Shown here one piece after another: positions 8,067 to 14,869 of a DNA stretch of 37,568 nt. Every line of letters starts with the position of its first letter. The stretch's first letter is position 1. The DNA lies in IMG/VR virus record IMGVR_UViG_3300037420_000520, positions 1-37,568 of that record, one strand, 5' to 3'. Position numbers and translations under genes: made by a program. Below the pieces are notes generated by a model that was not told the origin of the DNA, searched no databases, and worked only from the letters and a program-made list of their open reading frames with translations. This DNA is from a virus (lineage: Duplodnaviria; Caudoviricetes).

Positions 8067-8662
8067 GACAGGCTCCCAATTCAATTCGACTGCGACTTGT
8101 CAACTGGCTTGAAAGCGTCAGCAATGGCATCCCCCAGAAACTTATGAAGGTTTTGCGCCGTTTGAAGGTCCATTCTCAGGCGAGCGGCGATGGAGACGAT
8201 GGGGGAATTGCCAGCGTCAATAATTGTGGAGGCGAAGGCCATGTGAATGACGCCAGCGCTTTGCCGCAGTTCGGTAATCAAATCGACAAATTGAACAGGT
8301 GCGCCACCGTCTCGGATTTCCCATCGCTCGCTTCCCATAGGCAGCGACTTGCCGGACTTAACGATCACTTCGTTCTCACTCATAACCATGCCTCCCTTGG
8401 TGAACAAACCTTACGTTCAGCGCCATATGAGCCGGAGTCAAGCGATCCCAGAGACGCCGCTCTTGCGGCTGGTCGCCGGCTGGCGAAACTGGAAATGCAA
8501 TATCGCTGTATGGGGATGGCCAACACTCCGGTCGAGGTAGAGGCGCGCCTTGAATCGGCAGCAAGCTTTATGCTGCTCTCCGATGAATTGGCTGACGCCA
8601 GGGAAAAGTACAACGAGGCTGTTTCAAAGTACCTCGCAAGCAGAGCCGAGGTGTCATCATGA
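8063..8662 (+). CDS. Hypothetical protein; the 5' half overlaps an antisense gene
   Basis: ATGA-coupled start at 8063, open to 8662; the C-terminal third looks like a normal helical protein; true start uncertain. Confidence 0.45.
   Translation: MRQAPNSIRLRLVNWLESVSNGIPQKLMKVLRRLKVHSQASGDGDDGGIASVNNCGGEGHVNDASALPQFGNQIDKLNRCATVSDFPSLASHRQRLAGLNDHFVLTHNHASLGEQTLRSAPYEPESSDPRDAALAAGRRLAKLEMQYRCMGMANTPVEVEARLESAASFMLLSDELADAREKYNEAVSKYLASRAEVSS
8081..8383 (-). CDS. Hypothetical protein on the antisense strand within the pR operon
   Basis: MSENEVIVKSG...APVQFVDLI...GVIHMAFA...ARLRMDLQTAQNLHKFL; GGGAGG 7 nt upstream; globular composition. Confidence 0.7.
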   Translation of the reverse strand: MSENEVIVKSGKSLPMGSERWEIRDGGAPVQFVDLITELRQSAGVIHMAFASTIIDAGNSPIVSIAARLRMDLQTAQNLHKFLGDAIADAFKPVDKSQSN

Positions 8663-8726
8663 CCCTCTCCCCCTATCCCATCTCCCGCCGTCTCCCGGCT
8701 CATATCCGCTCCAATGAGGTGACGGG

Positions 8727-8978
8727 ATGAGCAATCTCACCGACGCTCAAAAGTCCGCTCTCAAATGGTTCAAGAACCGTGGCGGCGACGGCATGTTTGA
8801 CAAGACGAATTGCCTCATAGCCAGAGGCGAGCGGGCTGGCGTTATGCGCGGTACGTGGTCGGTCCTCGAAAAGGCAGGATTGATCGAGCGCTATCAGAAC
8901 AACAAGCGCGTCCGCATCACGGAACAGGGCAAAGCCGTCGATCTGTCGATGGTCTATTTTGAATCGGAGTGTGCGTGA
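8727..8978 (+). CDS. Small winged-helix-like protein
   Basis: LTDAQKSAL...TWSVLEKAGLIE...VRITEQGK; GAGGTG RBS. Confidence 0.75.
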   Translation: MSNLTDAQKSALKWFKNRGGDGMFDKTNCLIARGERAGVMRGTWSVLEKAGLIERYQNNKRVRITEQGKAVDLSMVYFESECA

Positions 8979-9236
8979 ATGGCAAACCTCAGCAAATATG
9001 CAGGCCAAAAAACCGACAACCGCCGCAGGCTTCCGGCTGACGAAGAAGTCTATCGCCTGCGCTTGTCCGGCGTAACGGCACCAAACATTGCAAAATGGTA
9101 CGGCATCAATCGCGAGGCAGTGCATAAGGCTATTCGCCGGCACACTGGCGCACTCTGCCCGTGCGAAGCGGCTCGTCGTCATTCCCCCTCCGATATCGAA
9201 CTCGGGCACAAGGCGAGGGCTGAACAATGCCCCTGA
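8979..9236 (+). CDS. Small HTH protein
   Basis: VYRLRLSGVTAPNIAKWYGINREAVHKAIRR. Confidence 0.75.
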   Translation: MANLSKYAGQKTDNRRRLPADEEVYRLRLSGVTAPNIAKWYGINREAVHKAIRRHTGALCPCEAARRHSPSDIELGHKARAEQCP

Positions 9237-9481
9237 CAGACAAACAATGGTCCGCTGCCGGCGGCGCTGCGTTCCCGTGTGATGGTGGTGTAGATAGTAA
9301 CCTCTATCCAGACCCAGGCATGACGATGCGAGACTATTTCGCGGCTAAGGCTGTAACCGGCATCATGGCCGGGCTCATGGCCCCGTCTAATGACGGACAT
9401 TGGCACGGTTGGAAGCCAGCAGCCATAGCCTCTGAGGCATACTTGATCGCTGACGCTATGCTCGAAGCTAGGGAGGAGTGA
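9227..9481 (+). CDS. Second GMTxRDYFA...AYxxADAML family protein
   Basis: GGAAFP...GMTMRDYFAAKA...AYLIADAMLEAR. Confidence 0.85.
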   Translation: MPLTDKQWSAAGGAAFPCDGGVDSNLYPDPGMTMRDYFAAKAVTGIMAGLMAPSNDGHWHGWKPAAIASEAYLIADAMLEAREE

Positions 9482-9712
9482 ATGGCAACTATACTTTACG
9501 CCGCCCGCGCGCTCTCGGATGCAATGGCGGGGCTTCATATTGAAGGTGAGATAGTCGTCCTTATACCCGAACATGAATGGAGCCGCTTCTGCTTCTCGGC
9601 GATCCGCGAAGTAGAAACATACGCCATGTATGCTGACGGCAAAGTCCGAAATGGCGGGCCGTTCCAGCAAATAAAGATGGCTGGCGTTAACTTCCGATCG
9701 CTGGAGGCGTGA
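9482..9712 (+). CDS. Phage hypothetical protein
   Basis: 76 aa, GGAGGAG RBS, abuts both neighbours. Confidence 0.7.
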   Translation: MATILYAARALSDAMAGLHIEGEIVVLIPEHEWSRFCFSAIREVETYAMYADGKVRNGGPFQQIKMAGVNFRSLEA

Positions 9713-9925
9713 ATGAACTGGTTTGCCGAGCAGCGTCTCGCGTGGGTCAAGGAAAGCCTTGAGATTTTCGGCCATGTCGGGCGCGGACACATCATCAAGA
9801 AATTCGGAATCAGCCATCAGCAGGCATCCACCGATTTGCGCGAAGCGCAAAGCCGCTGGCCCGATCTCATGGACTACGACAGGTCTGGCAAGCGCTATGT
9901 GACGCGCATAAAGGAGGCGGCATAA
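9713..9925 (+). CDS. Stand-alone winged-helix domain similar to the N-terminus of CapW-type WYL regulators
   Basis: QRLAWV...GHVGRGHIIKKFGISHQQASTDL...PDLMDYDRSGKRYV. Confidence 0.7.
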   Translation: MNWFAEQRLAWVKESLEIFGHVGRGHIIKKFGISHQQASTDLREAQSRWPDLMDYDRSGKRYVTRIKEAA

Positions 9926-10153
9926 ATGGCCGAAGCTATCCGCATTTACCTCCCATGGCTGCTGTCCGCCATTACGATCTACATGACGGTTCTCGCTGGC
10001 AATAAGGCGAAGAACGCATGGTTGTTCGGCCTCGCCAATCAAGCTCTCTGGCTGATCTGGATCGTCACGACGCATTCCTGGGGCCTCGTTCCAATGAACC
10101 TCGCTCTCTGGGTTGTCTATGCCCGCAATCACATGAAGTGGAGGTCAGCATGA
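9926..10153 (+). CDS. Three-helix membrane protein, half-size PnuC/SemiSWEET-like
   Basis: Three hydrophobic segments; LAGNK..AWLFGLANQALW; Trp-rich C-terminus. Confidence 0.65.
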   Translation: MAEAIRIYLPWLLSAITIYMTVLAGNKAKNAWLFGLANQALWLIWIVTTHSWGLVPMNLALWVVYARNHMKWRSA

Positions 10154-10524
10154 CCGCCTCCACAGACATCACCAAGGCAGCGGAAGGATGCGTCGATGCA
10201 ATCTTCGAAGACATTCGAGATCGCCGTTTCCTGAAGTGGCTTTTCAACCAGGATGGTGACGGACTCATTGGCTATCTCAATGGGCAGCCGCTGACCTCGC
10301 TTGACCTTGAAGTGCAAGGCGAAATTCGTGCGGCATGGGAGGGCATCGTCAAGATGGCGATAGCCTCCGAGCGTGAGCGCTGTGCCATAGTTGCCGATGC
10401 ACAGGCGGTAGATTGGCTGCAAGGCGTCAAGAAGGCGAACTCCGTCGAGGCGCTCAACTATGCCAACGGTCGGAAAGACGGTGCGCAGGTCATCGCCGCC
10501 GCCATCCGCAAAGGGGAGGCGTGA
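10150..10524 (+). CDS. Phage hypothetical protein
   Basis: MTASTDIT...ERERCA...IAAAIR; ATGA-coupled. Confidence 0.75.
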   Translation: MTASTDITKAAEGCVDAIFEDIRDRRFLKWLFNQDGDGLIGYLNGQPLTSLDLEVQGEIRAAWEGIVKMAIASERERCAIVADAQAVDWLQGVKKANSVEALNYANGRKDGAQVIAAAIRKGEA

Positions 10525-10785
10525 ATGCGCGTCACCGATCTCGAAAAGTTCAGTCTCGAGCAAATCTGGCGTCCTTACCAGAACAAGCCACCCTACGAGT
10601 TTGAGAAGCGCCTTGAGGAGGCGCCGTACAATCTCGGAGACACCGCCCGCATGCTTCAGGAAGACAACGATTGGAGCCGCTGCGTCCTGAGCCGGCTTCG
10701 CGCCATCGGCGTCACGTTCCCGGCATACATCGTCCACCCATTGGTTGATGTGGTGAAGGCGGCAACGAAGAGGGAGGCCGCATAG
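10525..10785 (+). CDS. Phage hypothetical protein
   Basis: 86 aa, GGAGG RBS, ends REAA. Confidence 0.7.
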   Translation: MRVTDLEKFSLEQIWRPYQNKPPYEFEKRLEEAPYNLGDTARMLQEDNDWSRCVLSRLRAIGVTFPAYIVHPLVDVVKAATKREAA

Positions 10786-10983
10786 ATGCCCCGCCAATAC
10801 GACGCTCTCACCGACCAATGTGAACCATACGATCCCGACGCCAACATAACCGTCCGTCACGGCACCGAAAACGACGGCAAGGCGCTCGCCACAGACATAT
10901 TCGACTGGCTGTTCGAGCGCACTCCAAGGGCAATATCTCGCAAGCCTGTTCAAAGGGAAACCGTGAGGATTGAGGAAGCCTGA
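10786..10983 (+). CDS. Phage hypothetical protein
   Basis: 65 aa, GGAGG RBS, abuts upstream stop. Confidence 0.6.
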   Translation: MPRQYDALTDQCEPYDPDANITVRHGTENDGKALATDIFDWLFERTPRAISRKPVQRETVRIEEA

Positions 10984-10984
10984 C

Positions 10985-11191
10985 ATGATCATTTTCCTTT
11001 GGCTTGCCATTGCTTCAATCGTCATCTCGGGTCTCGTCTGGTGGCTATTCCTACGAAATGCATCATTCAACGAATATGCTTCCGGCGCTGAGATTGATGA
11101 GGAAGAACTCGCAGAAGCTATAGAGCGCGAATTCTTCAATCCTGCTGGCAAGGATGGCCGCGGCTCCGATTTTCCATTTGCGGGGCGGTGA
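10985..11191 (+). CDS. Small membrane protein
   Basis: MIIFLWLAIASIVISGLVWWLFL followed by an acidic tail. Confidence 0.65.
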   Translation: MIIFLWLAIASIVISGLVWWLFLRNASFNEYASGAEIDEEELAEAIEREFFNPAGKDGRGSDFPFAGR

Positions 11192-11192
11192 G

Positions 11193-11393
11193 ATGGCGAA
11201 AGTTCCAGAGCCAATGCTTCATCTGCCTTTCCGCTCCCTGTTGGAACTCGGCTTCGAAACTCAGGACATTGCGAACGCCAAGGGCATTCACGAGGCCGAT
11301 GTCTACAACACGCTCGCCCGAGAGAAGGGCGTAACTTTCTACAACGGCCAGCTTGGAGCGCATTTTATTCGCGCTGCCAGCGGCATGAAATGA
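11193..11393 (+). CDS. Small HTH-like protein
   Basis: GFETQDIANAKGIHEADVYNTLAR. Confidence 0.65.
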   Translation: MAKVPEPMLHLPFRSLLELGFETQDIANAKGIHEADVYNTLAREKGVTFYNGQLGAHFIRAASGMK

Positions 11394-11645
11394 AGTCGGT
11401 GCTGGCCGCTCAGTTCTTGGCGGGACTGCGGCCTTAACCGATGTGAATACCGCCGATACGGTCCTCCCGCGGCGGGGCGCCTAGTGAGGGAGCAAGAGGC
11501 AGGGCAATACGCGCTCTTCTCCCTCACTTCGAATCCCAGATGGGCGAGGACCAAGTCGGCAAAGGATGGGCTTCGGCCTTTCTCGTAATGCCCCGGTTCC
11601 TGATGAAGATGACGATAGTCGGTTTCAAGCAGGAGCGCTTACACG

Positions 11646-12035
11646 ATGTCAAAGATCAAGCTACTGGAAGGTCAGAGGAAAACGGCAATGTCTACGGCGG
11701 TCGCATATGAGTACGTGCGGAAGATGGTTGAACGGGAAACAGCGGGCAACGGCGATGTTGAAAACGCTGTTCGGCGGATAGCTAGGCGCTCTGGGTTATC
11801 GTTCTGGCAACTCATGCACATCCGCGCCGGACGCGCCAAGGTGATGACTGTTGAGGCTTTCACATCCATCCGCAAAGCGTACCTTGATTACTGTGAGGCT
11901 GAGGTCCGGGCCTTGCAGGAAGAAATCCGATTGGACCGAGAAAAGTACGGTGACGGCCATGATCTTTCGGATCTGGATATTGAGGTTAAGGCGCTGGCTA
12001 CGAAAATTCGGGCGGCGCGGGAAAGGATTATCTGA
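11646..12035 (+). CDS. Putative phage transcription regulator
   Basis: AGGAG RBS; GDVENAVRRIARRSGLSFWQLMHIRAGRAK HTH-like segment, then coiled coil. Confidence 0.75.
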   Translation: MSKIKLLEGQRKTAMSTAVAYEYVRKMVERETAGNGDVENAVRRIARRSGLSFWQLMHIRAGRAKVMTVEAFTSIRKAYLDYCEAEVRALQEEIRLDREKYGDGHDLSDLDIEVKALATKIRAARERII

Positions 12036-12583
12036 TGACGGAAGCCCTCCGCAACACGACACTGAATGAGGACGAGCGCGCCGCGCTCTACGGCTATCTC
12101 TGCCGTCAGGAACGCGACCAACTGGCAGTGATTGCGGAGGCGGAAGCCAAGCGCAAGGAAAACTTCAAGAAGGCGAAAGAGTGGTCTTTTAGCAAAGAGG
12201 AGATCACCTTCCATGAAAAGGCGCGCAAGGCCGGTGAAGGCTCCTCGATCATCAAGAAGCACGCCCTCCACAAGACGATCCTGATCAAGCTCGGGTTCAT
12301 TTCTGATGATCGTGGCGGCGACTTGCTCTCAGATCGCGTCGACAAGCTCCAACTCCACAATCGTCGCGGATACGATGACGGCTTGTGCGGGGAAGGCGGT
12401 CCAGGAGCCTCAGGCTTCGCCGCCAACAGCGATGAGGACCGCGCCTATATGGATGGCTGGAAAGAAGGCCAGCGCGTCTACGTCGAGAATTGGCAGGCTG
12501 CAATGGAAAAGGCGATTGCCGCCAAGACGAATGAAGAGCCACCGGCAAGCACGGACGCGGACCCCTTCGAGGACGCTGCATAA
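12035..12583 (+). CDS. Phage protein with an N-terminal coiled coil and a C-terminal RMF-like GYxDG...YMDGWKEG motif
   Basis: RRGYDDGLCG...DRAYMDGWKEGQ. Confidence 0.7.
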   Translation: MTEALRNTTLNEDERAALYGYLCRQERDQLAVIAEAEAKRKENFKKAKEWSFSKEEITFHEKARKAGEGSSIIKKHALHKTILIKLGFISDDRGGDLLSDRVDKLQLHNRRGYDDGLCGEGGPGASGFAANSDEDRAYMDGWKEGQRVYVENWQAAMEKAIAAKTNEEPPASTDADPFEDAA

Positions 12584-12630
12584 CAAAGTTCTCGGGCTCG
12601 CTGTCCTCCCAAGTGCGAGCCTGCAAACTA

Positions 12631-12656
12631 CTCAGCCGCGAATGGCTGAGGCTTTT
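12631..12656 (+). terminator. Possible intrinsic terminator
   Basis: CTCAGCC-GCGAAT-GGCTGAG followed by GCTTTT. Confidence 0.5.
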
Positions 12657-12823
12657 ATTCAAAGCCGGAGTGAAGGCCGGTCAGAATGGCGGATGAAATG
12701 ATCCCAGACGGGGCACGATTTCCATCCAAAAATTCGCTCAGTTAATGCCAATTTCGCCCAGGGCGGACCTGCTGCGGCGATGCGTTTCGGATCACAGGCC
12801 AGAGCACCGAAAGGAGAATTCAC

Positions 12824-13339
12824 GTGCTTAAGAATTTGCTGTTTTACCGCCTGTTGATCGTCAACACTGGGGCCATCCTTTTGGTGGCGTGGGGGGTTAC
12901 CACTGGCTACATCCAAAACCTTGTCTCGGGCGAAATCAGAGGGCTACCCTACGCCATGGCCGCACTGTTTCTCGTCGGTTTTGTCTCGACCTTCATCCGA
13001 GCGTCGAAGGTCAGCAGTGGGCTCAATACAGTCAAGAGCAAAGGCGTTTATGACGCGAGCAAGATGGCAATCAAGAACGCCCACATCGGCGACATCGGCA
13101 GTTGGCTTGTGACACTTGGACTGATTGGCAACATCGTTGGCTTTACCATGGCGGTGTCTAAAGTCGATCTCTCCGGCGGTCCTGATCAGGCGATGGCGGC
13201 AATCGGCGCGATGATGGATGGAATGAAGTTCGCTTTCAATAACACTCTGATCGGCACGGCCCTCGGCCTTTGGACCTTGATCAACGCCAGAATGCTTTCG
13301 ACGGCAACGGCGCTCCTTGAGAAGGACGCCACGTCATGA
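12824..13339 (+). CDS. MotA/TolQ/ExbB proton-channel family protein
   Basis: GTG start with AAGGAG RBS; four hydrophobic segments; LVTLGLIGNIVGF and GMKFAFNNTLIG match the channel helices GLxGTxxG and GxxxAxxTTxxG. Confidence 0.85.
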   Translation: MLKNLLFYRLLIVNTGAILLVAWGVTTGYIQNLVSGEIRGLPYAMAALFLVGFVSTFIRASKVSSGLNTVKSKGVYDASKMAIKNAHIGDIGSWLVTLGLIGNIVGFTMAVSKVDLSGGPDQAMAAIGAMMDGMKFAFNNTLIGTALGLWTLINARMLSTATALLEKDATS

Positions 13340-13941
13340 AGAGCGCCGATGAAGTTAATTCCGTCGCCTATCGCGACGTGCTGATGAATACAATTCTTGG
13401 CCTTGTGATGATGATTGCCATCGTGTTCCTCCTGGTGAAGGTGGAGACGTCAAGGGCTATGGCGCAGGCCGAGCCGCCTGGAAATCTCATGGTTGATATC
13501 ACATGGCCGCAAGGCGACACCGATGTTGACCTCTGGGTAACGGGACCGGGAGAGCCCGTCCCGGTCGGATATTCGAACAAGGGCGGCGTGCTCTGGAACC
13601 TGCTGCGTGACGACCTCGGCAACTGGCCCGATGCAACACCGTTCAACTACGAGAATGCCTATACCCATGGGATCGTGCCAGGAACATATTGGGTCAATGT
13701 CATGTGTTATTCCTGCAAGATATTTCCTGTCCCCGTGGATGTTGAAATATCGCTTAATCCTGGCAAGGGCGAGAAAGACAACAAAGCGCCCACGAAAATC
13801 ATCCTGATTACGAAGGTTATGCTCACCAAGCCAGGCCAAGAACGCACCGCAGTGAGTTTCAAGATGGACGCTGCTGGCAGGATTGATGATGCCTCCCTCA
13901 ATTCCGTTTTCCGGCCGCTACGGTCGGCAAAGAAGGGATAA
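13336..13941 (+). CDS. ExbD/MotB-like single-pass protein with a YfaP/DUF2135-like periplasmic domain
   Basis: N-terminal AYRDVLMNTILGLVMMIAIVFLLV with Asp at the TM start; ITW...DVDLWVTGP...LLRDD...YEN...PGTYWVNV. Confidence 0.75.
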   Translation: MKSADEVNSVAYRDVLMNTILGLVMMIAIVFLLVKVETSRAMAQAEPPGNLMVDITWPQGDTDVDLWVTGPGEPVPVGYSNKGGVLWNLLRDDLGNWPDATPFNYENAYTHGIVPGTYWVNVMCYSCKIFPVPVDVEISLNPGKGEKDNKAPTKIILITKVMLTKPGQERTAVSFKMDAAGRIDDASLNSVFRPLRSAKKG

Positions 13942-13945
13942 GCCA

Positions 13946-14473
13946 ATGCTCAACATAATCCCCACCGATGTCATCGCGCCAGCCTCAATCCTGCTTTTCG
14001 TCTGCGGAGTAATGGCGACCGTAGCTGTCTGGTCAAGACGGGAAACCAGTTTGCGGCTCGCTTCCGTGGCTGGACTGTTTATCTCCATTCCCGTTGTCAT
14101 CGCCGCGCTGTCGTTCACTCTCGGCTGGCCTGTGCCTTTGATCGCTGGACTAAATGCTCCTCCTGGTGATTGGCAGGTGATTGGATCGAAGATGGTTGTC
14201 GGCGAGGGCATATATGTCCTGCTCGATACGGGCGATGTTCCGAGACATTACCGGCTGCCATGGGACAAGAAAATGTCCGACAAGCTGCAAGAGCTTCTGG
14301 ATGGCCAGCAGAACGGCGAGCGCGGCGATCTCAGGCTCAAAATGCCTCCCTTCGAATTCAGTTGGAGCCGAAAGAAGCCTCCGGAATTCTACGCGATGCC
14401 TCAACCGAAGGTCATCCCTGACAAACCACGTCAGACAGAACAGCCGAAACGGTACAATTCGATCGGCGCATGA
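13946..14473 (+). CDS. Membrane protein, third gene of the ExbB/ExbD-like module
   Basis: Two TM segments, then LGWP...GIYVLL...PRHYRLPW and a Pro-rich tail. Confidence 0.75.
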   Translation: MLNIIPTDVIAPASILLFVCGVMATVAVWSRRETSLRLASVAGLFISIPVVIAALSFTLGWPVPLIAGLNAPPGDWQVIGSKMVVGEGIYVLLDTGDVPRHYRLPWDKKMSDKLQELLDGQQNGERGDLRLKMPPFEFSWSRKKPPEFYAMPQPKVIPDKPRQTEQPKRYNSIGA

Positions 14474-14518
14474 CGGAATGACTGCCGAGTGAAGCGGCAG
14501 GATAGTAAGGCGGATGAA

Positions 14519-14869
14519 ATGATAATACACCAACGACAAGCGTTCTGTTGCCCTGCCTGCGGCGGGTTCATCGGCGAAGCTGCTCCACTCGACTTCGTTG
14601 CCAAGACCATCCCAGGTTACCAGGCGCAAGTCTTGATGGTCTTACGTCGGCATATTGGCGAACCCGTTGCCAAAGATCACCTCGCCGACATCATTTACCG
14701 CGGCGATCCGAACGGCGGGCCGCTCTATTCGAACAACACAGTTCCAGAGCATGTCAAACGGCTGCGCAAGCGCCTTGAGGTGTTTGGGTGGACCATCGCA
14801 GTGCAGGGGCGTGGGCAGGGCGTGCATGCCACGTATCGGCTTATTCCGCTGGAGGCTGGCGCATGCTGA
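14519..14869 (+). CDS. Zn-knuckle plus OmpR-type winged-helix protein
   Basis: CPACGG; GEPVAKDHLADIIY...NTVPEHVKRLRKRL...GRGQG..YRL. Confidence 0.8.
   Translation: MIIHQRQAFCCPACGGFIGEAAPLDFVAKTIPGYQAQVLMVLRRHIGEPVAKDHLADIIYRGDPNGGPLYSNNTVPEHVKRLRKRLEVFGWTIAVQGRGQGVHATYRLIPLEAGAC

Noticed and set aside
9179-11214. Long minus-strand ORFs 9179-10132 and 10129-11214
   Set aside because: They overlap a tiled series of plus-strand genes with good RBSs and have no motifs; treated as shadow ORFs
12824-13941. Calling the membrane pair Zorya (zorAB) or flagellar motAB
   Set aside because: Gene 1 lacks the long ZorA tail, gene 2 lacks an OmpA-like peptidoglycan-binding domain, and no zorC/D/E or flagellar genes are nearby
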